Positions 56,267-64,000 of a DNA stretch of 64,000 nucleotides are shown here, in pieces. The stretch spans positions 9,989 through 73,988 of the IMG/VR virus record IMGVR_UViG_3300049988_000118; one strand, 5' to 3'. Under the pieces are notes generated by a model. That model was not told the origin of the DNA. It searched no databases and was given only the letters and a program-made list of their open reading frames with translations. Position numbers and translations under genes: made by a program. The DNA is from a virus. Taxonomy: Duplodnaviria; Caudoviricetes. How positions within the stretch are numbered: position 1 is the first letter of the stretch; every line of letters begins with the position of its first letter.

Positions 56267-57160
56267 ATGGCCGCTGCGAATTTCGCCGCGTGGCTGAAAC
56301 TTGAGCTGACCTTCGAGGGCGGCCGAGTGGATGACCCGCAAGATCCTGGCGGCCGGACCGCGTTCGGCGTCACCGCCCGCGTCTACAACGGCTACCGCAA
56401 GAAGCGCGGCTTGCCACTCCGGGACGTTTTCCTGATCGAGGCACAAGAGATCAAGGACATCTACGACGCCGGGTACTGGGACAAGGTCCGCGGCGACGAA
56501 CTGCCGGACGGGCTCGACATCGTCGTGGCGGACGGTGCGATCAACTCCGGCGTCGGCCAGTCCGTGAAATGGCTGCAGCGCGCCCTGGGCGAGGGCTACA
56601 GGGGCCGCGTCGATGGAATCATGGGCGACACCACCGTGGCAGCGGCCAAGGGCGTGGACGATGTGGACAAGCTCATCGCCGATGTCCTCGCCCGCCGCAT
56701 GGCCTTCCTGCGCTCTCTGAAGACGTTCAAGCGCTTCGGGCGCGGCTGGACCTCCCGTGTGGACCAGCTTCGGAAGATCGGCCAGGCACGCGCTACCGGC
56801 AGCGTCGGCCCGGCTCCGGTCAAGGCTCCCGAGATGTACCGCAAGGCACTCCTGGAGGACGCCAAGGCGCCGATCCCGAAGGCGGACGCGGTGTGGGGCG
56901 CCGGCGCCTCGGGCGGCACCATCGCTCAAGCCATCGAGGTCCTGACGCCGGTCAGCGACCGCATGCCGAGCCTCGGCACCATCCTCACCATCCTCACGGC
57001 GCTCGGCGTCGTCCTGACCATCGCCGGCCTGCTCTACCGCGACTGGGCCAAGTCCCGGAACGATGCGCTCACCGATGCGCTCGACACCCGCCCCCGGCTG
57101 CGCGTGGACACCAGCGCCAACGACGAGGCCCCCGAGGGCCTTGAGGAGCAACCCGCATGA
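56267..57160 (+). CDS. Endolysin, glycoside hydrolase family 108 with PG-binding domain and C-terminal TM
   Basis: FEGG..DDPQDPGG.T.FGVT, YWD.V.GD.LP.G.D..V.D.A.NSG..WLQ, FGRGW..R. Confidence 0.92.
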   Translation: MAAANFAAWLKLELTFEGGRVDDPQDPGGRTAFGVTARVYNGYRKKRGLPLRDVFLIEAQEIKDIYDAGYWDKVRGDELPDGLDIVVADGAINSGVGQSVKWLQRALGEGYRGRVDGIMGDTTVAAAKGVDDVDKLIADVLARRMAFLRSLKTFKRFGRGWTSRVDQLRKIGQARATGSVGPAPVKAPEMYRKALLEDAKAPIPKADAVWGAGASGGTIAQAIEVLTPVSDRMPSLGTILTILTALGVVLTIAGLLYRDWAKSRNDALTDALDTRPRLRVDTSANDEAPEGLEEQPA

Positions 57161-57597
57161 TCACGGTCGGCCTTTGGGCCGCATCCCTGTGGCCGCGCCT
57201 GCTTTCGTTCGCGGCGACCCTCCTCACCGCCTGCCTTGAGGTGCTCATCAAGCCAGCTGCGTGGCTCCTGCTGAGCGCGGCGATCCTCGGGGGCTACGTC
57301 TACGGCGGGCACGTCGAGAAAGCCGCCTGCGGTCGCGCCATGCAGGACAGCGTCAACGCCGCGCGCACCGTGGACCGCCAGGCCGCCGAGGCCGCCCACG
57401 CCACCATGCAGGACCAGATCGCCGCTCGCGATGCGCGGGCCATCGAGGCCGACCGCCAGATCAAGGAATACGAAGATGCCCTCGCGAAGCAGCCGGATCG
57501 CCGTTGCGACCTCGATGACGATGACCTGCGGGCTCTTGGCCGGATGCAACAGCACCGCGTTCCAGGCCGTCCGAAGGGATCTGCCGGTCAGCGCTGA
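57157..57597 (+). CDS. i-spanin (Rz-like)
   Basis: N-terminal TM then helical periplasmic domain; follows the lysin. Confidence 0.65.
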   Translation: MITVGLWAASLWPRLLSFAATLLTACLEVLIKPAAWLLLSAAILGGYVYGGHVEKAACGRAMQDSVNAARTVDRQAAEAAHATMQDQIAARDARAIEADRQIKEYEDALAKQPDRRCDLDDDDLRALGRMQQHRVPGRPKGSAGQR

Positions 57598-57766
57598 CGT
57601 GATCCCGGCCGTGGTGGCGTGCGCCCGCCCGGCCAAGGGGCAGAACGCCAAGGTCTACGCCGCGAAGCTGAAGGTGTGCGCCGAAGAGCGGGGCATCGCC
57701 TTGGATGACGCCCGAGTGAACTACGAGTCCGTGCGCGCGGCTTATGGGTCAGGGACGGCGCGCTGA
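57476..57766 (+). CDS. o-spanin lipoprotein (Rz1-like), overlapping i-spanin
   Basis: AAGGA RBS, ATG 57476, lipobox LLAGC. Confidence 0.7.
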   Translation: MPSRSSRIAVATSMTMTCGLLAGCNSTAFQAVRRDLPVSADVIPAVVACARPAKGQNAKVYAAKLKVCAEERGIALDDARVNYESVRAAYGSGTAR

Positions 57767-57858
57767 TGCTCGCCTCCCTCTACCCCGTCCTGACGGCATT
57801 CTGCGCGGTCGGCATCGTCGGGCTCGTCGTCTGCGCCTTCGTCCTCTGGGTGCGGTGA
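57766..57858 (+). CDS. 30-aa single-TM peptide (not in ORF track)
   Basis: TGATG coupling; MLASLYPVLTAFCAVGIVGLVVCAFVLWVR. Confidence 0.45.
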   Translation: MLASLYPVLTAFCAVGIVGLVVCAFVLWVR

Positions 57859-58070
57859 GATCGCGCCATGTGCCCGCCGCCGCGGATGCCGAAAAGCTGT
57901 GAGATGCAATGGCCGGTGAAGAGAACCGCTACACCGCTGCCGAGTGGGAGCGTATCCAGAGCCAGTATCAGGAACAGCCAAAACGGGGGGTTCGGGCGAT
58001 GTTCCCGGACCCCACGGAGGAATGCGAGCTCGGACCGTTCGTCCCGCAGGGTGGCTTTCGATCACCGCGC

Positions 58071-58376
58071 ATGACGACCCCATCCTTCGAGCCCCACCCC
58101 CATCTGCGGGTCTGGTTCGCCTCTCTCAGCGAGGACGACGTGAAGAGCCTTCAGGCTCTCCTCAGCCTTCGGCCGGAGACCATCACGTGGGTCGGGCAGA
58201 AGAACGACAAGGAGCTGAAGCAGCTCGACGGGGCGGTGGAGTTCATCACGTCGTCGCGCACCGCTGCGCGCGTCCTGATGTGGTGCTGCGGGACCGCCGT
58301 GGCCTTCGTCGCCGGTGTCGTCGCGCTCACGAAGAACGGCATCGACATGTTCCAGATCCTACGAGGGGGCAAATGA
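58071..58376 (+). CDS. Membrane protein, holin candidate
   Basis: C-terminal TM in lysis cassette. Confidence 0.45.
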   Translation: MTTPSFEPHPHLRVWFASLSEDDVKSLQALLSLRPETITWVGQKNDKELKQLDGAVEFITSSRTAARVLMWCCGTAVAFVAGVVALTKNGIDMFQILRGGK

Positions 58377-58831
58377 GCCTACGCATCTTTGGCTACGCCT
58401 GCCTCATGGTGATCTGCGCTGCGATCCTCGGCGCGGCGTCGCTGCTGGCCTACTATGCGGCCGACCGGCAGGTCCCCGTGGATGTTCTGGAGAGCGAGGT
58501 TCTGACGCCTATCGTGCGGCCCGGCGGAAAGCTCATCATTCGTCAGAAGCTCCGCTACACGCGGGAGTGCCGAGGGCACATCGACCGCGCGCTCTACGAC
58601 TCGCAGACGCACCGCAAATGGCTGTCGGACGTGGACTACGAGCGCCCGCCGCGCGGCCTCGGCGAGTTCACCGTCACCTTCGTGGAGGACGTGCCGAGCT
58701 ACTTCGATCCCGGGGAGGCGAGCTACCGAGCGACACCCGTCTACGCGTGCAATCTGCTCCACCAGTACGTCTGGCCCCTGGTGAGGAACGACACAGTCCT
58801 GCGGTTCAAGGTCGAGGGGCAACCGTTTTGA
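58373..58831 (+). CDS. Membrane-anchored periplasmic protein
   Basis: N-terminal TM; ATGA coupling. Confidence 0.55.
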   Translation: MSLRIFGYACLMVICAAILGAASLLAYYAADRQVPVDVLESEVLTPIVRPGGKLIIRQKLRYTRECRGHIDRALYDSQTHRKWLSDVDYERPPRGLGEFTVTFVEDVPSYFDPGEASYRATPVYACNLLHQYVWPLVRNDTVLRFKVEGQPF

Positions 58832-58995
58832 CTTGCCCGCCCGTCGAGCCGCAGGATCTCGGCCTCGTCTACACGCTGATCGCAGGCCTCATCGGCCTCA
58901 TCCTGGGAGGAACGGTCGGCAAGCCGTAGGGCTGGCACGGCCTATGCGAAGCATCGGGTTCCCCTCCAAGCCTCTCCTGGACTTGGATCCAACTC

Positions 58996-59026
58996 ACCCG
59001 CCCGGCTCACGCCGCGGCGGGTTTTT
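58996..59026 (+). terminator. Intrinsic terminator ending the late operon
   Basis: ACCCGCC...GGCGGGT followed by a T-run. Confidence 0.7.
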
Positions 59027-59092
59027 GCTTCCTACTCATTCTTAATTGACTCTATCGTTGTGACCGCCGATCAGCGGCGACGAGGTGCTCCA

Positions 59093-59461
59093 ATGGATAG
59101 CGAGAAGCTTGCGGCTGCTTTCGAGCAATTGGCTTCACAGGTTCGAAGCGCCCCGATCATTGGACAAAAGATTGTAGTCCACGCGGCCCAGGGAGCAGGT
59201 CCAACCGTAGGACTCAGCATCAACGTCACAGGCGGATCTGGATCGGGCGATGTGATCGGCCAGAAGATCTCGGTCTCGTCAGGGCAAAACGATGGGCTCG
59301 TCCAAGAACTACATGAAGCCGCACAACTGGTACGCTCCGGTACCGCCCCTGTGTCCATGCTAAAATCTCTCGCAAGCCGTGCTGCTGGCGCACTAGGTAA
59401 CGCAGCCGCCGGTGCGGGCACTACTGGGCTCATCGGGTATATAGTCTCGCAACTCGAGTGA
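59093..59461 (+). CDS. Hypothetical moron
   Basis: GAGG RBS; own downstream terminator. Confidence 0.5.
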   Translation: MDSEKLAAAFEQLASQVRSAPIIGQKIVVHAAQGAGPTVGLSINVTGGSGSGDVIGQKISVSSGQNDGLVQELHEAAQLVRSGTAPVSMLKSLASRAAGALGNAAAGAGTTGLIGYIVSQLE

Positions 59462-59477
59462 GCTGACCGACCTGTCT

Positions 59478-59512
59478 AGCCCGGCCGCCCATAATGGTGC
59501 GCCGGGCTTTTT
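59478..59512 (+). terminator. Intrinsic terminator
   Basis: AGCCCGG...CCGGGCT followed by a T-run. Confidence 0.65.
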
Positions 59513-59833
59513 GCGTTCTAGGCCCCGACCACTTACATCGACCGCCGCCGGATCTCGACCGCCCCTACTGCACCCGACCCTCGCCCGCCGGCTCGTCGAG
59601 GTTTCGCGCAATCACCACCCCAATCCGTAGCATCAGCGCTCGCATGAGCCCCGCCAACTGCGGGTCGTTCAGGGCGAACACGTCCTCGGCCAGCGCGATG
59701 GTCCGTTCCCCAAGGCGCTCGCGGGCCGCGGCATCCAGATCCTTGGGCTTCAGCGGATTGGGCACGGGGCCACTCCTTGCGAGACAACATAAATGCACGC
59801 CTTGGTTGCGCCGTCGAGGGGGCGGGCTCGCGC

Positions 59834-60088
59834 CTACCCGCCTTGGAGGCTCTCTGCGAAGTCCTCCGGGATCTCGCCGAACTGGCCGAGAATCGTCGCC
59901 GCCTCGAGTTCACCGGTCTCGTCGTCCGCCACGACCCGGATTGCGGCGGTACCCGGGAGCCTGCCCGCCATGGCCTCGGCTTTTTTCAGGGCGCCGTGCT
60001 CGGTTACCGCCACCTCACGGTCGCCGGGGACCAGACGCTTGCGCTTGATGGCGAAGGTCTGGACCAGGAACGTCGTTTTCATCGCCAT
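59834..60088 (-). CDS. Small hypothetical protein divergent from umuD
   Basis: FLVQTF..., A...AE.MA...G..AI..D.ETGE..LG.FGE.PE. Confidence 0.6.
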   Translation of the reverse strand: MAMKTTFLVQTFAIKRKRLVPGDREVAVTEHGALKKAEAMAGRLPGTAAIRVVADDETGELEAATILGQFGEIPEDFAESLQGG

Positions 60089-60182
60089 CAATCCACACTC
60101 CATACACAAGCGCCACGGGGCGTGATCCCCGCTATCCACACGCGGCATCCACGAGCTTGACCGTGGAACCGAACGCGCGCTT

Positions 60183-60197
60183 GTTCTCTTTCTGTTC
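60183..60197 (+). promoter_or_regulatory. Alphaproteobacterial LexA (SOS) box
   Basis: GTTC-TCTTTCT-GTTC = GTTC-N7-GTTC, 20 nt upstream of umuD. Confidence 0.85.
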
Positions 60198-60217
60198 TAT
60201 CACAGAGGGAACGTGCA

Positions 60218-60673
60218 GTGGGCCTTTTTCGGGTCGCGGAGCTTGTGAGGGACGGGGACAATCTCGTCCGGATCCCGATCATGGGACAGGCGCTGTGCGC
60301 AGGCTTCCCATCGCCGGCGGACGACTTTCTCGAAGGTGCCCTGGAGCTGCCGCGCTGGCTTGCGCCGAACCCGCCCGCGACCTTCGCCTGGAACATCTCT
60401 GGCGATTCGATGCGCGCGGCCGGTATCTTCGATCGCGACCTCGCGGTGGTGGATCGGAGCCTGAAGCCGGGCAACGGCAGCGTGGTGGTGGCCGCCATCG
60501 ACGGCGAGATGTCGGTGAAGCGCCTGCGCATCGAGGGCAACGTCGCGCGCCTGGCCTTCGAGAACCCAGACCTGCCAGCCTTCGCCGTTCAGGAGGCCGC
60601 CGAGGGCGAGATCTGGGGTGTGGTCCGTTTCTCGATCCGCTGGCACATCGCCCGCGCCGGCCTCGTCCGATGA
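60218..60673 (+). CDS. umuD: UmuD-like S24 peptidase
   Basis: [10 protein letters not shown] cleavage site, GDSM (Ser), SVKRL (Lys). Confidence 0.92.
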   Translation: MGLFRVAELVRDGDNLVRIPIMGQALCAGFPSPADDFLEGALELPRWLAPNPPATFAWNISGDSMRAAGIFDRDLAVVDRSLKPGNGSVVVAAIDGEMSVKRLRIEGNVARLAFENPDLPAFAVQEAAEGEIWGVVRFSIRWHIARAGLVR

Positions 60674-61962
60674 GCCGCGCGATCGCGCTCATCGACGGGA
60701 ACAGCTTCTATTGCTCGTGCGAGCGCGTGTTCGACCCCAAGCTCGCCCGCGTGCCGGTGATCGTGCTGAGCAATAATGATGGATGTGCGATAGCCCGCAC
60801 CGCCGAGGCCAAAGCCCTCGGGATCAAGATGGGCGACCCGTATTTCAAGATCCGCGAGCAGTGCCGGCGCGACGGCGTGCGGGTGTTCTCCTCGAACTAC
60901 ACCCTCTACGGCGACATGAGCTCGCGCACGAACGCGGTCTACCGGGACTTCTCCCCGCGGGTGGAGATCTACTCGATCGACGAATCCTTCCTCGACCTGT
61001 CGGACGTGCATCCGGACCTGCGCGTCGAGCTGGCGCGGGATCTTCGCGCGACAGTGCGGGCCTGGACCGGCATCCCGACCTGCGTCGGCATCGGCGCAAC
61101 GAAGACCCTGGCGAAGCTCGCCAACCACATCGCCAAGACGCAGCCCGACCTCGACGGCGTGTGCGACCTGACCGACCCCGTGGCCTACGACCACTGGCTC
61201 TGCCGGATCGCGGCGGCCGAGGTCTGGGGGATCGGCAGGGCTTCGGCCGCCAAGATCGAAGCCATGGGCGTCGACACCGTGGCGGACCTCCGCGACCTCG
61301 ATCCCCGGCCGGTGCGGAAAGCCATGACGGTGGTGGGCGAGCGCATCATCTACGAGCTGCGCGGTCTGTCGTGCCTGCCGCTTGAGCTGGTGCCGGCCCA
61401 GCGGAAGGGCTGCGCCGTCACGCGGTCGTTCTCCCGTCGGGTCGAGGATCGGGGGACGATCGAACAGGCGGTGGCGGCGCACGCGACGCGCCTCGGCGAG
61501 AAGCTCCGGCGCGAGGGGCTTGGCACTGACCAGATCACGATTTTCTACCACACCTCGACCCACGACCGCGGCGACCCGATGCGCTCGGTTTCCACGACCG
61601 TGACGCTGCCCGAGGCGACGAACGATTCCCTCGTGCTGATCCAGGCTGCGCAGCTCGGCGTTGCCCGGACCTGGCGCGAGGCGCCGGGCGACCGGCCGTG
61701 GCGGTTCAGCAAGGCAGGCGTCATCACCACCGACCTCACGCCGCTCCTGCACAGCCCGCGCGCGCTCATCGGCCGGCTCGACCGGGAGCGCAGTGGCCCA
61801 CTCATGGCGGCGATGGACGCGTGCAACAGCCGGTTCGGCCGAGGGGCGGTGGTGCCGGCTCGAGCCGGGCTCACCGAGAAGCGGACGTGGTCGACGAAGT
61901 TCGAGATGCGCTCGCCCCGCTACACCACGCAGGTGACCGAGCTGCCGACGGCACACGCGTAA
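60670..61962 (+). CDS. umuC: Y-family DNA polymerase V catalytic subunit
   Basis: [43 protein letters not shown]. Confidence 0.95.
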   Translation: MSRAIALIDGNSFYCSCERVFDPKLARVPVIVLSNNDGCAIARTAEAKALGIKMGDPYFKIREQCRRDGVRVFSSNYTLYGDMSSRTNAVYRDFSPRVEIYSIDESFLDLSDVHPDLRVELARDLRATVRAWTGIPTCVGIGATKTLAKLANHIAKTQPDLDGVCDLTDPVAYDHWLCRIAAAEVWGIGRASAAKIEAMGVDTVADLRDLDPRPVRKAMTVVGERIIYELRGLSCLPLELVPAQRKGCAVTRSFSRRVEDRGTIEQAVAAHATRLGEKLRREGLGTDQITIFYHTSTHDRGDPMRSVSTTVTLPEATNDSLVLIQAAQLGVARTWREAPGDRPWRFSKAGVITTDLTPLLHSPRALIGRLDRERSGPLMAAMDACNSRFGRGAVVPARAGLTEKRTWSTKFEMRSPRYTTQVTELPTAHA

Positions 61963-62113
61963 CGACCCCGCCGCCCGATCTGATCACGGGCCGGCGGGGT
62001 GGGACGCCCATCTCACGTTCGAGCCGGTACGCAACGTGGCTCGACCGCACGATGGCGGCCGACGGGTTATCGGCGGCTCAAGGGGCGAGCTGCGCTTCTC
62101 TCCCGATTCGGGA

Positions 62114-62398
62114 TCACACCTTCTCCGGCCGAGCAAGCAGGATGGCGGTACGCACGGCGGCGCGCTTGAGATGGTCGGTGGCCTCCCGGTTCGCGGTCGT
62201 GACGGAGGCCCATTCGTGCGCGCGCACCGCCTCGGCGAGGTCGAGGCGATAGCCCTCGCCGAACAGGAATGCCGTGGTGCACGGATCGGCCATGAAGGCG
62301 TCCACTGCGGCGGCGATATCCGCGTCGGTCACGGGCTTGGCCTTGAACAGCTCGCCGGTAGTCTGAGGAGCGTTGGCCATGAGCTTGAGATAGGGCAT
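62114..62398 (-). CDS. Hypothetical protein
   Basis: ORF from MPYLKL; plausible composition. Confidence 0.5.
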   Translation of the reverse strand: MPYLKLMANAPQTTGELFKAKPVTDADIAAAVDAFMADPCTTAFLFGEGYRLDLAEAVRAHEWASVTTANREATDHLKRAAVRTAILLARPEKV

Positions 62399-62496
62399 GG
62401 GCGCATAGCGCCAAGCTCGGCGTAGCTGATGCCGCCTCTGCCCAACTCGCGAACGGCTGGCATAGATGGGAATATCGGCAGTTACCGCGATCGATC

Positions 62497-62748
62497 CTAT
62501 AGGGGACCATCGCCAACCCATCGGCCGGAAAACGTAAGCGCCGCTGTGTAGACGGTCACATCATTCTCATCGCGCACCGAAAGTGCGAATTGCTGCCGGT
62601 CCCCGTCCTTGGGGATCGTGTCTTTTGCGATCGCAGTTAGCGTAGCCACCGCCTGATGCCGAGCACTTTGGAGGGTCGCGCACTCTGTTCCGACTGTATC
62701 CCTTGAAGATACGTCGCCATCGTCGATGTCGAAAAAGTAGCGAGCCAC
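62497..62748 (-). CDS. DUF6894-family small protein
   Basis: AAGGA RBS + GTG; ARYFFDIDDG..D..G.E...ARHQA. Confidence 0.7.
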   Translation of the reverse strand: MARYFFDIDDGDVSSRDTVGTECATLQSARHQAVATLTAIAKDTIPKDGDRQQFALSVRDENDVTVYTAALTFSGRWVGDGPL

Positions 62749-62889
62749 ACAATTTTCCTTATGCTTCCATAAGGCCAAATTTTTCATATGAACGGCATCG
62801 TTGCCAATCACCTGAAGCATGTTTGCGACTTTTATTTCAATTTTATTGCACGCTCCTAACGCGACCACTTTGAGTTGAGATTGGGCGAG

Positions 62890-63270
62890 CTACCCCGACC
62901 GCCCAAATAGCCAGATCGGCACGGCGCCCGTCGGCCGGCCCGGCGTGTCCCGGTAGTGGGCCGTGTTCAGGAACGCGATGCGGTTGGCGGTGAGGGCTGA
63001 GACCTTGTCGCCCGACATGACGATTCCGCCGCAAAAGTCCGGACGGATCAGGCCAGCCTCGGGGTGCACGCCGAACAATTCGAGGGTGGTCCACCCCAGG
63101 CCCGCGGCCTCATCGGCCCAGCGGTCGAGGAAGTCGACGCACTTCTCGTGGACGCCAGCCCAACTCTGCTGCGTCAGGCCCGGGCACGGCACGACGCTCG
63201 GACGAAGGTTCAGGAAGCCCTGGCGCCAGGCCTGAGGATCGGCGGGGATGATCGTGATTGCGGCTGACAT
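62890..63270 (-). CDS. Hypothetical prophage protein
   Basis: PCPG...W..FLDRWADEA..LGWTTLELFG. Confidence 0.6.
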   Translation of the reverse strand: MSAAITIIPADPQAWRQGFLNLRPSVVPCPGLTQQSWAGVHEKCVDFLDRWADEAAGLGWTTLELFGVHPEAGLIRPDFCGGIVMSGDKVSALTANRIAFLNTAHYRDTPGRPTGAVPIWLFGRSG

Positions 63271-63373
63271 GGGGTCCGGTGCGTGGTGGCCGGACGGGAT
63301 AGGCGGGCGCGGGGCAGGGGGCTAGGGATTGCCTGTCGCAGGCAAGAGTGTCCGCTGTACGCGCGAGCTAAGG

Positions 63374-63580
63374 CTACCCGCCGGCGGCCCGCGTATCAGC
63401 CCAGGCCTCGCTTTCGATCCGCCTCAGTTCGGCCAGTTCTTCGGCGGTGATCTGGCCCACCGGCGTATGGGCCGCAGATCCGTCATCGTAGCTGTCGAGG
63501 AAGGACACGCTCTCATTGGCGAGAACGATCCGCATGTAGCGCTTGAGCAGGTCGCGGTACTCGATCGCCTTCATATTCAT
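63374..63580 (-). CDS. Small hypothetical protein
   Basis: GGAGGAGG RBS before ATG 63580. Confidence 0.55.
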   Translation of the reverse strand: MNMKAIEYRDLLKRYMRIVLANESVSFLDSYDDGSAAHTPVGQITAEELAELRRIESEAWADTRAAGG

Positions 63581-64000
63581 CCTCCTCCGCTCCATCCCGA
63601 GCCAGGCCGTCATTCCGACGCGCCGGGCTCATTGCATTTTAGGCTACCCAAACTCCCCCGTCCCCAACACCTTCAACAACTCCCGCCCGGCCGGCGTCAG
63701 AAACCGCCCCAACTCCCCCGGCCTTGCCCCGTGCCACCGGGCCTGTCGTTCCTCGACGTATCCGAGTTCGATCAGAGCTGGCATGGAGGATGGGTGGGCT
63801 GAGAGCCGTAGCCCGCGCGGGTGAAGGGCGACGGCGCGCAGGGCTTACCCAGTCGCCGACCGCACACCTCATGACGCCCTCAAGCGTGTGGATCGCGATT
63901 TCATTGTCGGAAAGGAATGCGACCTTGCCCGTTGCGTTAGCGCCAGCCAGCCATGGCGGAACCTCATGCTTCAGATCGTGGTGATACGCCTCGACCAAAA

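Larger units (their letters stand above)
1..64000 (+). mobile_element. Temperate prophage (helper), lambda-like head + P2-like contractile tail; extends beyond both window ends
   Basis: Continuous phage gene order: replication, late regulator, cos/terS/terL/portal, head, baseplate, sheath/tube, TMP, lysis, morons. No host housekeeping gene, helper integrase or repressor seen in the window. Confidence 0.95.

Noticed and set aside
1-64000. tRNA, rRNA, IS transposases
   Set aside because: None recognised by eye; tRNAscan-SE and ISEScan would be needed to exclude them formally.

Overview
High-GC alphaproteobacterial DNA (Methylobacterium/Methylorubrum-like by inference from the small hypothetical families). 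The whole window is one temperate prophage running off both ends. It has a replication module, a NusG-paralog late regulator, a lambda-type cos/terminase/portal/protease/decoration/capsid head module, a P2-type contractile tail, a lysis cassette and an SOS-boxed umuDC. The key observation is a 17,890-bp integrative phage satellite (13934-31833, flanked by the direct repeat AACATCAGAC) inserted inside the helper's portal gene. Precise excision rejoins an intact 511-aa portal ORF. The satellite has its own tyrosine integrase, Xis-like HTH, primase-helicase with iteron origin and Rha/ANT protein. It also carries a candidate P4-CI/c4-like immunity RNA, an exact 121-bp copy of the helper cos region, and its own small terminase. 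Most unusually, it has a head protease/scaffold module plus a complete tail-assembly chaperone (intact -1 frameshift) and a tape-measure protein whose two ends match the helper's. It has no recognisable capsid, portal, large terminase, sheath, tube or baseplate gene. This suggests a satellite that keeps its helper's late operon broken until it excises, then hijacks packaging, head assembly and tail assembly. All product calls come from motifs read by eye; no database searches were run.
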